From Adineta vaga (taxonomy: Eukaryota; Animalia; Rotifera): a DNA stretch of 64,000 nucleotides. The stretch lies in the NCBI GenBank assembly GCA_021613535.1, contig CP075492.1, forward strand, positions 8,246,001 through 8,310,000. The letters are read 5' to 3'. The position numbers and the translations under genes are program-made. A model generated the notes under the pieces. That model saw nothing but the letters and a program-made list of their open reading frames with translations, did no database searches and had not been told where the DNA came from. How positions within the stretch are numbered: the first letter of the stretch is position 1; each line of letters starts with the position of its first letter. Of this stretch, positions 1 to 14,737 are shown one piece after another.

Positions 1-3000
1 TGGTAATGGTGCACCAGGTACCTTTACATTTGACTGTCCAAATGATATTGCATTTGATGGTAATGGATATTTATTTGTAACTGATAACTACAATAATCGA
101 CTCATTGGATCAGGTCCATATGGATTTCGATGTTTGTTTGGTTGTACAAAAGTTGCAGGTTCATCATCTAGTCAACTGAATAGTCCACGAGAATTCAGTT
201 TCGATAGTTATGGAAATATCTTTGTTGCTGATCAAGTCAATTATCGAGTTCAAAAGTTTCTCTTAGCAAGCAATTCATGTAGTGAGTGATGTTTTTTATT
301 CGTTTTTTGATGCAGATATTTTATTGTAATGGAAATTGATGTATTTGTTCATCTAGATATTTCATACAATCAACCAAACTTTTGTTCCGATGCTTCATGG
401 TTTGCCAATGCATCAACATTTGCAGCGAGTACTACTATTGGTTCATTACCTTATGGTATCTTCATTGATGGAATCAATACTGTTTATGTTGCAAGTCAAT
501 CGAATAACATTGTTTTAATATGGTCACAGTATGATAGTACACCAACAAGAAATAACTCTGGTAATTTGAATCGTCCATACAGTACTTTTGTTTCATTGGC
601 TGGTGATGTTTATGTTGATAATGGATATGCAAATGGTCGAGTAGATAAGTTTTCATTTAATTCATCAATTGTAACGACTGTAATGAAGGTGAATGGAAGT
701 TGTTATGGTTTATTTGTTGATAGTAATAATTCTTTGTATTGTTCGCTTCGTGATATTCATCAAGTGGTACAAGTTTCACTGAATAATGGTACAACTATTC
801 CATGGGTGATATTAGGAAATGGAAGTGCAGGATCATCATCGAACATGCTTAGTTTTCCTCAAGGAATCTATGTGGATATCAATATGCAGTTGTATGTTGC
901 AGACTGTGGAAATGATCGAATTCAGCGTATGTCAACAATAGGACAAATGAGTGCGGAGACTGTTGTTGGCAATGGTTCATCATCCGGAGATATGACTTTG
1001 CGTTGTCCTAGTGGAGTTGTGATGGATAAAAGCGGTTATTTATTTATTGTGGATAGTTATAATCATCGAATCATTGGATCAGGGCCTTATGGATTTCGAT
1101 GTATTGTTGGTTGCAATGGTATTAGTGGTTCAAGTGCAAGTCAATTGTCATTTCCACAAAGTATGGCATTTGATAGTTACGGGAATATATATGTTACTGA
1201 TCGAAATAATAGTCGAATTCAAATGTTTTCTGCTCAGAAAACGAATTGTAGTAAGTAATTGTTGTGAGGAAGAAGTAGTAGTGAGAATATCATAGTTGTT
1301 GAAAGAGAGATAATAAGTAATATTGAGCAACTTGTTCTGTGTTAGAGTGAAGAAATACCTGTCTAAACTTAATTATTTGCAGGCTCACCGACGACGATTC
1401 AAACGAGTATGATGCCTTTTACATCTGGCGTGCCAACAACAGTAGCTACTGGAACGAATAATATGCAAGAAACGAGTTTGATGACAAGTGCAACACAATC
1501 AAGTACCTCAACTAGCACGTCTACCACCACGTCCAGTACATCCACGAGCACGTCCACTACGACGTCTTCCACCACTTCTACCACCACGTCCAGTACATCC
1601 ACTTCAACGTCCACCAGTACTTCTACCAGTACTTCTACCACCACGTCCAGTACATCCACTTCAACGTCCACTAGTACTTCTACCACCATGTCCAGTACAT
1701 CCACTTCAACGTCCACTAGTACTTCTACCACCACGTCCAGTACATCCACTTCAACGTCCACTAGTACTTCTACCAGTACTTCTACCAGTACTTCTACTAC
1801 CACGTCCAGTACATCCACTTCAACGTCCACCAGTACTTCTACCAGTACTTCTACTACCACGTCCAGTACATCCACTTCAACGTCCACCAGTACTTCTACC
1901 AGTACTTCTACTACCACGTCCAGTACATCCACTTCAACATCCACCAGTACTTCTACCAGTACTTCTACTACCACGTCCAGTACGTCCACTTCAACGTCCA
2001 CGAGCACGTCCACGAGCACGTCCACTACGACGTCTTCCACCACGTCCAGTACGTCCACCACCTCGTCTAGCAGTTTTATCACCGCATTCACCTCAATGTC
2101 CACCACAACATCTACTACATCCATTACGTCTACCGGTATGTTAATCACTTTCATTTATCTTGAAATAGTTGTTCACTGTGTCTCTCTCTCTGAAAATATC
2201 TATATATTCTTTTTAGATGACCCAATGTCAACCACAACATCAGTAACAACAACAGAAGAATTCAAAGGTAACTATATCTGACATTATTATATTACACTAG
2301 CAAAACATAAACTATGACTGTATGTGTTTGTTATTTGAATATTAGTTTGTTATTCACCAACGATTACACTTATTCCTGGTGGATCATCTTTGACATCACC
2401 ACTACAATATCGACGAAATCAAGATTTTTCCATCAGTTCAACAATTCAGTTTCGTTGTAATGCATCACTTGCAACTCTGATGCAATGGTCAGTGAAGAAT
2501 TGTACTTCGACTTCATGTCTCTATCGAATTGGATTGAGTGACAAGATCCGTACAACGTTGAGTGAATTCTATGTTCCATCAAGAACTTTTGCTTATGGAA
2601 TGTATGAACTGACTTTAACTGTAACAATGAAACAGTTTCCAAGTGCAAAATCATCTTCTTCAGTTCATGTCATGATAACTCCATCAGGAATTACAGCAAA
2701 TCCTGTTCCATTGGGAACATCGATGATCACACGTGGTAAAGAACAAGATCTCGAACTTGATCCAGGATCGTATTCAGTTGATCCTGATGAAGATTCATTC
2801 GATGCAAGTGTAAGTAACAGTCATCTTTTGATCATGCATAGAAATCTATCGTCATAGATTAATATTTTTATACTGAAATGAATCTTAGTAGATAATGATG
2901 ATCATTTGTAAGTCAGTCATTGATAAGAGCAGATTAGTTCTTGGCAATGTTCAGTTATTCGTGTAGATAAGAATTGATTGTTGTTTATTCGAATTTGTAG

Positions 3001-6000
3001 GAGTATTTATTGCATGAAATGATGTTTTATTTTGGTTTAGAAATGGAAATATGACTATTATTGTCGATGGTATGGTTCATATAATTTTCCAAATAGTCAA
3101 GGACGATTGTTAACAATTGAAAATTCGAAAAGTGATGCATTGAATCCATCATGCTTGTCGAATCGATCAGGTAGGAATAGTGAATAGAGATTGATGATAA
3201 TATCCATCTATTTTCATTCTATTGAAATAAAGATAATGGAACAGGTTTAATCTTTGGTAATTTGACTTCTTCACCAAAATCATCGTTAACAATTGTGTCT
3301 GGTACTCTTGAATCGAATCAAATGTATCAATTCATGGTTTATATGGAAAATCGCAAGAATGCTTCGATTCAAGCCACAGGCTTTGTTATTGTGACAATCG
3401 AAGATACCCTCCCAAAATTGGTTGTTATTGGGTAAAGTCATTACACTGATTAAGTGTTAGATATATGTGATGATCTGTTTTCGTGTACTTGTAGCTGTGT
3501 GATATCAACATTATGTTCACCAAATCTTGAATTTCAACTAGTCAATCCAACAACACAAGTTGCATTGTTTGCTTTTTGTGTTGGAGTTTGTGAAAATCTT
3601 GTCGATATTCATTGGAATATTTATAAAGGTGATAGTAATTCATCTTCGAATTCTACTCAATGGACTTTGTTCGATCAAATGATTACATATGAGAATATTT
3701 GGTTTTTTGGTAAAGATGTTGTTGTTGTTTTGTGTGAATGAAGATGAGAATGCGTTTGTTTTTGTAGGAAGCAATACAAGTAATTTTACAGCATCATATC
3801 GTTTATTTATTGATAATCCAAGTATTCGATTATGGCGATTCGAAGTTGTCTATCAATTTGCGAATGAATCAAGTACAAGTGCATTGAATTTTGTTATGAA
3901 TCAATCGCCTTCGAATGGTTCATGTACGATGAATCCAAAGAATGGAACAACAACAAGTTCATTTACTGTTTCATGTCCCAATTGGTATGATGAAGATGGA
4001 GTCAAAGATTATTCATTATATGGTATGTAGAGAAGTTTGTGAATATGATCAATGTATGTATGTATAAAATGATGATTGTAGTATGGACAAGTGATATATC
4101 AAAGAAAGTAATGATTGCATTTTCATCTGTTTCTCAATTTCAAGTTCGATTACCAGCTGGAGATGAACAAACATCATCATTCCATATGATTATTTATGTT
4201 CGAGATCTTGTTGATTGTGTGACAGAAGTGAATATGTCATCTGTTCATGTGATTGTTGATAGTGTTAGCATGAATGATTTGATGAGTAATGTACAAATGA
4301 GTTCATCGGATGCAGTATTGTCAAATAATCCAATGGTACAATTACTTTCAAGTGGAAATCAGAATGTTGTTGGACAAGTTCTTACATCGCTTTCACAACA
4401 ACTCAATCAGATGGAAAGTGAAAGTAGTGAAAAAGCAATATCAAGTAAATCTCATTAAATATATATATATTAGGATGCGATGATTAGAGATGCAAACAAT
4501 GTTCATCACTTGCTTTTTGTTTGTTCGTTTAGATGGAGTACCAGCTGCAAGTGTATCCATATCATCATTGGGAAGCTCAAATTCAGGAGGCAACGAAGTA
4601 AGTAAATGTCAAAGTAGATATGTTTTGATTTGATGATTTCTGTGTATTTGAATAGTCTGTGACATCATCATCATCATCAGTGAATGCATCTGCATTAGCT
4701 GAATATAGTAAAGAAGTGAATTCTCAAGCAAATATGAGAGATTATGTGATATTATATGTAACAAATCTTGCAATCACAACATCGAATAGTATTAAACTTC
4801 AAGCGTCGACATTAGCACAAATGACTCAATCAACAAATCAGTTGACAAGATCAGCTTTGGTAAGAAGATTTGTAAAAATGAAAGGAAAGAATGTGGCATA
4901 TATGATTTTAGACAGTTGCATCTAATAGATGTTATGATTTAGCTTTGGCATTGTATTCGATGGCTCAAAAGATCCCGTATGAAGATGTGGAAGTGGCAGC
5001 AAATCAACTAATTCAATGTGCTTCGAACATCTTGACGGTAGTAGAGATATTTTGATAGTTGAGAAGTACATATCTTTATGCACTATTCATAATTCGATTA
5101 GTTCGTTGTGTATAAAGGAAAAGCGAAAGTGTTTCTTTTCACTTGATTTAAATGACGATAATATATGATGAATTTGTGATCGTTTTAGAGTGTCAATGGA
5201 CCATTACAAGAACGAACACTTTCACTTGATTTGGATATGTCACGAGCCAATGCAATCTCAACTGATTATGATACTGACATTGAATCGGAATGGTCAAGTA
5301 TAAGTAAGATTATTTGCATTTATCATCATGGATTGTTTCATTTTGTCTCCATTTCAAAATGCAGGTTCTAGCGATAGTACAGATAGTAGTTCAATTGAAG
5401 AAAGACGAAATCTATATTATCAAAAGAAATTAGCAAATGAAATTCAAGTTCAATCAACACAAATCATTTCATTCGTCACATCTTCATTAAAGATTCATTT
5501 GAATGTTGGTCAAAATTTACTCATCAATACATCACAAACATTTATGTCATTAGAAACAATATCGATCGAATCTTTATCAAATAAAACGATTAAACAAGTT
5601 GGATCTGCCTCATTTTATCTTCCATCTCAGTTCACATTGAATACAACAGATCATCATAGTTCAGTTTCACTTCGAGTAAGTTCTTCTTTCTTTCTTTTCG
5701 TTTTTTATGTGCGATGATAATTGATGTTCTGTTGTTGTTATTGTGCTTAGTCCAAAATGGATCCACTTGCTGTGAATGGTAATTTTTCTAATACAAATCT
5801 TTCGAGATCAGTTGCATTAACATTTGTGGATAATAATGGAAATGAAATTCCATTTTCAACAAATCGCAGTACACCAATCAAAGTTATTATACCTCGTGAT
5901 CCTAGTATCATTATTTCATCAATGTATCTTCAAAATGTAACTACATCAATGAATAAAACAACATCTAATCATGTATTATTTCATTTACATTATATTAATA

Positions 6001-9000
6001 TCACGAGTTCACTTTCGATTTCCGTTCATTTGGAAATTCGATCATTGAATGAAAGTTTAGGTTATTTATTTATTTATAAATTTGATCAAACACCACAATT
6101 GAATAGTTCAATCAAGTCAATTGATGGATGGACAATATTTTGTCCTTCGAGTAATGAAGTTATTGATATGAATTTGATGTGTTGATGTATTGTTTTGTTT
6201 TGTAGTGTTAAATGATGAAAAGATGTATAAATATTATATTGATAATGAAGAAACATCAGATCATCAATCATTGATATTTGGTATACGTGAATTGAGTATT
6301 TTGGAAATGAATGAATATTGTTGGAATAATAAAACATTAGATAATAGTAGTGTACCAGTGACAGACATAGAATGTAATTTTACATCGAATTATGAATTAC
6401 GTATTTATACATCAGGTTGTTATTATCTTGATGAGAATAATAATTGGAAATCAGAAGGATTAGTTGTAAGTATGATGATGATGATGATGATGATGATGTC
6501 ATAGTGTTGTTATTGATTTGAAGAGAATCTCAGTTATTTATTTTTTGTATAAAATAATAAATAGGTTGGACCATTGACGAATCATTATGAAACTGAATGT
6601 CTATCGAATCATTTGACAACATTTGCTGGTGGATTTATTGTTTTACCTGCACCAATCAATTGGAGTTATGTATTTGCTAATGCTGATTTTATGAAAAATA
6701 AGACTGTGTATTTGACAATGATTTGTACATCGGTACTTTATATTATTCTAATGATTTATGGTCGTTTCAAAGACAAGAAAGATATTGAAAAAGTAAATAT
6801 GTAAAGTAGTTGAAATGAAAATGAATGTTTTCGTTTTGTTTTGTAGTTGGGAGTGACACCATTGGGTGATAATCGTAGATCTGATCAATATTATTATCAG
6901 ATTCTTGTTTTTACTGGTCAACGAACGAATGCTGGTACAGAATCGAAAGTAAATGATTGCCAGAGAAAAGGAATGGATGAGGGAAAAGATTGTTTTTTGT
7001 CTTTTTTGATTAGGTTCATTTTGTGTTGGCAGGTGATGAAGATCAAACAGAGATTCGTGCATTAGCTGATCCACATCGAAAGATCTTTCAACGTGGTGGT
7101 ATTGATGCTTTTGTTATGGCAGTACCAAAGTAAGTTCGAATACAAATGAATGTGAAGAAGAGAATTAATTGATGAATGATTATGTGATGAAATGATATTT
7201 AGATCATTGGGATTGTTGAATTATATTCGAATTTGGCATGATAATTCAGGTGCAGGATCATCAGCATCATGGTATTTGAAATATATCATTGTTCGTGATC
7301 TTGAAACAATGGAAAAGTTTTATTTTATTGCTCAAAGATGGTTGGCAGTTGAACAAGATGATGGACGAGTAAGTTGAAAAAGAAGATAGTATTGATAGAA
7401 TGAACGAGAAAATGTGATTATTGTTTTGTTTTATTTTATTTGAATATAGATCGAACGAATATTGCCAGTAGCTGGTGAAATGGAAAAACAAGAGTTTTCA
7501 TATGTATTATCGAAGAAAGCATATCATAGTGTATCTGATGGTCATTTGTGGTTTTCGATCTTTTCTCGTCCACCATCGAATCGATTTACTCGTGTACAAC
7601 GATGTACTTGCTGTTTTGTTTTATTTTTTGTATCGATGTTACTCAATATCATGTATTATGATTTATCAAATGAAGCCAAATCAGCAAATCAAACACAAAC
7701 GAATGGTTTAGTCATCGGTCCTCTTTACATCACACCACAACAGGTAAGATGATTAGTGAAGTGAGTGAAAGAGACGGAGAGCAACATTCAGTTGGAAATC
7801 AATGCTTGTGGATTTGATGAAATGTGATAGTTGTTCATATTGTTATTTGTTAATGTGATTAGATTGGAATTGGAGTCATGGTTGAACTGTTAACACTTAT
7901 TCCAAGTCTTTTTATTGTTCAACTCTTTCGTCGCATTCGATCTCGACAACAAACTTCACCATTACGTCAAGCATTACATAAAATCAACGCATCTCGAGCA
8001 TTGTTCGTATATATATATATATATATATATTATATTTATCGTCTGTGAGAGTTGTTCACTTTTGTTTTTCATTGTAGTTCGGAAAGTGTTGAATCAATGC
8101 GAAGAAAGAAACTACCAAGAACATTGCCTTGGTGGTGTTTGTTTATTGCCTATGGTCTATCATTTGCGATCATTGCCATTTCGATTCTTTTCATCATTGC
8201 ACGAGGCATTGAATTTGGTGATGTCAAAACTCAACAATGGTTAACATCTGTTCTTACTGGATTCTTCTCATCGATTCTTCTTACTCAACCAATCAAAGTA
8301 CATAGCCTATCTCTCTCATATTTCATTTGCATTCGTTCATACATATATGTTTGATTTGATGTAGATCTTGTGTTTAGCAGTATTTTTTGCACTGTTTTGT
8401 CGAAATTCGACAAATGACAAAGAAGCAAGTGAATACATTGATGATGATCGAATTGAATTCGATGATACTGGTGATAATGATCTGCATGGAAGTGAAGTAT
8501 GTTATTAGGGATGAATGAGAGATGTTGTTCTTGATGTTCTGTTTAGAATCATGGTATATTTAATCCACAAACGATGAAAAGTGCCAAACGACTGAATGAA
8601 AATGAGATCAGAGATGCACGTGAACAACGTCTAAAAGAAATGCAAATGTGGTCAATAATTCGTGAATTTCTCATCTATGTCATCTTTGCAACATTGATCT
8701 TTGTGATCACATATGGAAATCGTGAAGCAAATAGTTTTCATCAAGTGAATCATCTTCGTAGTTATTTGTTCAATACAAGACAAAGTACTGTTGATTATAC
8801 AAAGGTTTGTTGATGATGACTTTTTCTTTTCTTATTCTGTAATGATTTGAAAATGTTAATTTTAGATTTTGACAATTGAACAATATTGGAATTGGTTAGA
8901 GAATAGTTTTGTTGATAATCTTCGTGCACAACAATGGTACAATGGTGATGCAGCACGATATTTGAATGGATATTTGAATGATAAATCGAATCGATTGATT

Positions 9001-10561
9001 GGTTGGGCAATGATGAGACAACTTCGTATCAAAACAGAATTATGTGATGATCAACGTCTTATGATGAGATGTGAACATAGTTATAGTATATTTAATGAAG
9101 ATAAACGATCATTTGAACCAGGATGGATAAATGAAACTACAATGGTGATGATGAGTGGAGGAAATTATAGTTCATCAATAATGAAAGCATTTCGATATCG
9201 TTCAAGTGATGAGTTAGATACGTATGCTTATGTTGGTGAACATGAAACATATCGAGGTGGTGGTTATGTTTATGAATTTCGTGGAAGTTTATCTGATATG
9301 AAAAAGAATCTTTCTCAACTTCATCAATTAGAATGGATTGATAGTAAGACAAGAGCTGTATTTATTCAAATGACTTTATATAATCCAAATGTGAAATTAT
9401 TAACATCAGTGACATTATTAACTGAATTCTTATTAACAGGTGGAGTATTTCCATCAGCTCGTTTTGATCCAATTAATTTCTATAGTAAGTATTTTCTCAT
9501 TATTGTTTGTAATTGAAAAGAGAAGAGAATGCAATTTGAATATTTGTATTTAGCATTTACATCAGTATTACAAATTGTTTGTACAATATTGTATATGTTA
9601 TTTATAATTTATTTCATGAAAGTTGAGATTCAATCAGTAATTCAATTGAAAACTCGATATTTTCGTCAATTTTGGTCAATAATTCAAATAGGAATCATTG
9701 TTTCTTCGTGGACAAGTGTTGGAGTTTATATTTGGCGTTTTCGAGAAAGTGCTCGTGTCAGTAATTTATTTGAAAAGACAAATGGTTATGTTTATATAAA
9801 TTTACAACTTGCAGCATATGTAAATGATATTTTAACATATTTACTTGGTTATTGTTGTTTTTTTGGAATGATAAAATTTGTTCATTTCTTTCGTTTTAAT
9901 CATCGTGTATCATTATTTACTGAAACACTTCGAATAGCTGCGAATGAATTAATTCAATTCTTTCTAATGTTTTCAATTGTATATATGTCATATTTGACTT
10001 TATTTTATCTTTTATTTGTTTCAAAACTTTCGTCCTGTTCAAGTTTGTTAAGTACAGCACAAATGTTATTTGAAATTACATTGATGAAATTTGATGCGAC
10101 TGAATTGATTGAAGCCGGTGCATTTCTTGGTCCATTTTGTTTTACATTATTTATTTTTGTGGTTGTATTTGTTTGTTTGAGTATGTTTCTTTCGATTATC
10201 AATGATAGTTTTCGTCGAGCCAAAGAGACAAGAATTGAAGATCAAATAATTTTATCATTTATGTGGAAGAAGTTTATACAATATACAGGTAAAAGTGTTT
10301 ATTGAAGAGAGAGAGAAACGATTGATTGTTTTAGGTTTGCGAAAGCCCAGTCCATCGGAAGTTTATGCTGAACGAGATCGTCGAATGCGTTCATTATTTT
10401 TTGATCCAATCGAACATTTTCCTAGGAAAATCGATGAATTGTTAGCAGCAATTGACAGGGTATGTAAAGCTGATTGTTTTATAAAGAATATATTGTTTTG
10501 TTTATAGATTTATATGGATCAGAGAGCGGAATTTTCCAGACTGAGAAGTGCAGGTGTTTGA
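1..10561 (+). CDS. Polycystin-1-like (PKD1L-type) receptor/channel with N-terminal NHL beta-propellers and Ser/Thr mucin stalk; multi-exon, 5' end outside window
   Basis: NHL repeats (P-x-G/I-x-x-D...YVAD-x-x-N-x-RIQ) at 1-281 and 358-1252; S/T stalk 1500-2130; REJ-like exons 2345-5300 (LDPGSYSVDPD, NQSPSNGSC); GPS motif SGCYYLDENNNWKSEG...ECLSNHLTTFAGGF; TM1; PLAT/LH2 (YQILVFTG, IRIWHDNSG...SWYL); HLWFSIFSRPPSNRFTRVQRCTCC; polycystin channel domain (GWAMMRQLRIK, WIDSKTRAVF, MFLSIINDSF). Last exon IYMDQRAEFSRLRSAGV-TGA ends at 10561. Confidence 0.92.
1517..2070 (+). repeat. Coding minisatellite (45/57/69-bp units built on a 12-bp sub-repeat) encoding an (ST)n mucin-like stalk
   Basis: Unit TCCAGTACATCCACTTCAACGTCCACCAGTACTTCTACCAGTACTTCTACTACCACG repeated about 7-8 times, varying by copies of AGTACTTCTACC; locally GC-rich. 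Confidence 0.95.
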
Positions 10562-11163
10562 AGAATTGCATTTGATGATTACCGGTGAAAAAGAACTGAA
10601 ATTTTTCATATGAAATGTTTTCCAAATATTTTAAATACATATGTTTCGAGGAACTCTCGATTAATATAAGTGTTGCTTTGCTTTAATCTAAACTTTGACG
10701 GACGTTTTAAATTAAAATGAAGTTTTGGGACACAGTAAAATATATTATCCTTGTTTCATATTATCCTTTATTTTCGGTTTTGAAAGTATGTTAAATTCGA
10801 TTGAGAATAAAGATATTATACATTTCGGATAGTAACACTAGGTGAGAAACTTTGCACTTTAAAATGAATTGTTAAGTTAAGACAAGACAAGGTAAGAAAA
10901 AATTTGATTTTCCTTGAAATAGTTTTCTCTTCCTATAAAGATGTGCATATCTAAGTTATATGATTCAAAGTGCATAAATGCATTAAATTGTTCTTTTTAT
11001 TCTTTCCTCCATCAAACATTCAAAATCCATATATTACCATGATTCATTGTTATCCTCATAATAACTATTCTAATATTCTCAATCAACATAGTCATATACA
11101 TTTATTTTAAGAGTACGACTAGAATCATTGAAAAACGCCGATAAAGCTAAAAACAAGTCAAAT

Positions 11164-14100
11164 ATGAGTTCACCTCCAGTTTCAAGTAGTATTGGTGGCT
11201 CACGTCGAGCACGTTATTCACGTTCGCCATCAAGTGGTGGTGTCCCACCTTCAAAACGATCAAAACCATCAAATTCAGGTGATGTTGGTAGTAGTAATGA
11301 TCAACAGAGACTTTATTCATCGATTTGTGTTAAAAATATCAATCCGAAAATACCTGATCTTGGTAAATAACTTATTGAAAAAATAGGAATGATGGAATTA
11401 AACGTATTTTTTTCTCCTTGTAGAAGTTCGAGAATTGTGCGCGAAGAAGTTTACTAAATATGGTCAAAATTCAGTGAAAATCTATTATCGAAATCAAGAA
11501 CGTGTTGCTTTTGTCAATTTTACAAATTGTGAAGATGCAAGAAGAGCACGCCATGCGAAAACAGGCCTTGTTTGGGAAAATATCCAAGTTGTACTTGAAC
11601 CGTAAGATTCTTTCTTCCAAAAAAAGTCATTTATTGTAAATGCACCTCTTTTTTCTCGTTTAGTGTTTACTATCGTCGAACGGTTCCAGCAGAACAACCA
11701 ATAAACCCTTCAAGTCCACGTGATCGTTCTCCACCATCACCAAAACGTCGTCCTCGTCGTCCTTCACCAAGTCCACCACCAGTTAGTTCACGAAGTCGAC
11801 CACATCATACCTCTTCACCGCCTCGTTCACGTCGACATTATTCACCTTATATTCCATTACCACCTGATCTAGCTGATTATGCTAGTACAAAATCAAGTCG
11901 ACATCGACAGGCTTCATCACCATCACCTCCACCACAACCACGACGACGTTCGCGAAGTCGTTCAATGTCAACATCACCGGTAGCACATAAAAGTCGAGGA
12001 AAATCGGATGATCTTGCTATTAATCGAGGTGAATCAAATGTTCAACATGAACCAACACGTACTTTATTTGTTGGTAATCTTGAACGAGATGTGCGAGAAT
12101 CGAAATTGAGAGAAGTTTTCGGTCGTTATGGAACTATCGAAGAAAGTATGTTTGAAAACGAGATTTAAAAAAAAACATTGTTAATTATGTTTCTATATTT
12201 AGTCGATTTAAAAGTTCCTCAATCATCATCAAAACGTGCATATGCTTTTATTCAATATGAAAATATGGATATGGCTTATGAAGCACGACGTGCTATGGAT
12301 GGACATTTTATTGGCAAAGCCGATTGTAAGATTGGATATGGTATGTAAAATGAAATGTTTCCGTTTTTAATTGAATGCTTTCACGAGTGTGGCTTGCTTA
12401 TCGTGGCTTTCTATAATACATATTTATTAAGTATGATATGCTTAATAATGCCCATATATCTTCTTTTTTCTTACTCTTGTCTGTTTTTCACCTATATCAA
12501 TCTTATATTTTAGAAATTGCGATTTAAAATTTATATTTATTGTGTTACATATACACAATCTTAATTTGGCGTATTATAGCCATGATGCATTTGCGTTTGA
12601 GAGATCCTCACATTAAATATAAGAAAAGCAGAACAGTATTCGTATAGGAAAGGAATCATATATAAAGTTTAATATATTTGATGATAAAATGCTGATTAAT
12701 TTGCAATTGATACATCTATACATATGCATAAACATTTGATAAAAGAAACAAAATGTCATAGAGATACAAATTGGGTCAAAATATTTGCATTATCTTATCA
12801 ATGATATAATGTCATTCATTTACATGTGTATATATATAAATTCAATTTCGGCCTATCCCATATTCTTTCATTTTCTTCTTTCTAAAAGTCTTGCGTTCAT
12901 CTTCCTCTCTATTTCGTTTGGTGATGACATTTCTGATAATAAAAGAAGTCTAATGTTAATGTATTTATTAATTCGATTATATCATTTGGCCGATATACAT
13001 ATATACTTTTACTATATGTTGATAGAAACATTTTTGTTCTTTTCATTTATTAATATTCATACATATTAAAATGATATTGATTACAATGATAGAGAGTTTG
13101 CAAAATTCTTCTTTTTGTTTCTCTTTAATTTTACATCATGTTGGTCAATGTGATACATGAATTTATATGTCCATATCAATTATATGTATATATTTCAGGC
13201 AAAATTGTACCAACCGGTTGTCTTTGGATAGGCAATATACCAATGGATATGAAACGACGTGATCTTGAACAAGCATTAACACGTTATGGACAATTGAAAT
13301 CATTCGATTATTCTAATGGTGATCCGATAGCTGTTGTTTCTTATGATGAAATTGAACATGCAATAGCTGCACGTTTAAAATTAACAGGTGTTACACAAAT
13401 CATTGATGGACGAAAAGTACGATCTGAAGCGGATCCATCCGATTTAGTACGTCGAGGTAAAATCATAGAAGAAAATTATAATACATTTGAAATGAAATTA
13501 TTCTTTTCTATTTTAGCTGGCCTTCGTATTGATTATCTCGATCGACCAACAGCTCGTCGGTTTGTTATTGTCCGTCCACAGGATAATACTGTCAAACAGC
13601 GCACTTCCCGATCATCATCGGCGTCTTCTGCGTCATCAGCACGTTCTCGATCATCAAAAGACCGTGCTCGATCAGTCTCACATGATGATGAACAAGATAT
13701 GAATACAAATAAAAATTTCAAAAGGCAATCACATTCACGTTCACCAGTCTCACCACCATTACCACCACCACCAGCTAAACGACGCAGTCCAAGTCCACCG
13801 GCAGCTGGTCAAACATTTTACAGTCCATATGGTTCATATTTATCATCCGATGACACAAATAATATTAACAATGTCAATGAATTAATGACATTATGTGAAA
13901 AATTAAATACAAAATCGAAAAACAATGTATCCACTGCTTATTCTGTTCAATTTATACTCAAAACACATGCATATGATGCACGCATGCATTTTCTCGCTGG
14001 AAATCCAAATCTTGCTAACGATATTCTTGGTAAACGGATTTAGAATATAATTTTGTTTCTATTAAATTTTTCTAGGTCAGTCAAATAATCAAACAGATAA

Positions 14101-14737
14101 TAAAACAGAATTAAAAGTGACTCAACGACTTCGTCTTGATGAAAATCGATTTAATGAAGTAGAGAAAAAAATTCGTACAAAGGTTAATAATGCATTATCA
14201 AATGCAAATGGTCAATCATCATCATCTAGTAGTCGAAAACAGACAAATCCAGCAAATCAAACGAATTTTGCAATTTTGATCACTTCACCAACAGCACATA
14301 TGATTAATATGAATTCAAATTCTTTAAAGCAACGTAAATCGAATGGTAAAGGAAGGTCACCTAATCATCCATCGTCATCCGATGAAATTGATGATCGTTC
14401 GCAATTAAAAAGAGATATGGCTAATGACGATGATGATTCATCAGTTTCTCACTTAATCTCCTATCTCGCTACGTGAGTATATTAATTTATTGAAATGATG
14501 AAAAACTTAATTTTTTTCTTTTTCAGAAAAGAAGCCGCTGGTGTTGTATCGGTTTCATCCAATTCTCATGATCGAGAAGCAACTGTTTTAAATGTATTTC
14601 CTCCGTGTTTACTTACTAAAAAACTTCTTCGAGTTATTTGTCCATCAATTAGTTTTTCTAATGGTCCACGTACACCACCATCACGTCCAACAATGACAAA
14701 TGATGAACATCTCGTTGTTATTATCAATCGTGATTAA
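11164..14737 (+). CDS. RBM15: RBM15/Spenito-like RNA-binding protein (3 RRM + SPOC), multi-exon
   Basis: RRM1 (ICVKNINP...RVAFVNF), RRM2 (TRTLFVGNLE...YAFIQYENMDMA...KIGYGK), RRM3 (PTGCLWIGNI...LRIDY); SPOC motifs LKVTQRLRLD, LISYLATKEAAGVV, VFPPC; RS/P-rich linkers. Confidence 0.85.

Noticed and set aside
1399-2154. 251-aa V/D/E-rich minus-strand ORF and 218-aa Pro-rich alternative-frame ORF
   Set aside because: Shadow frames of the stop-free Ser/Thr minisatellite; the S/T frame is the one that splices into the PKD1-like gene.
6472-6499. Poly-Met run at the end of ORF 6190-6504
   Set aside because: Intronic (ATG)n microsatellite downstream of the GTAAGT donor; not coding.
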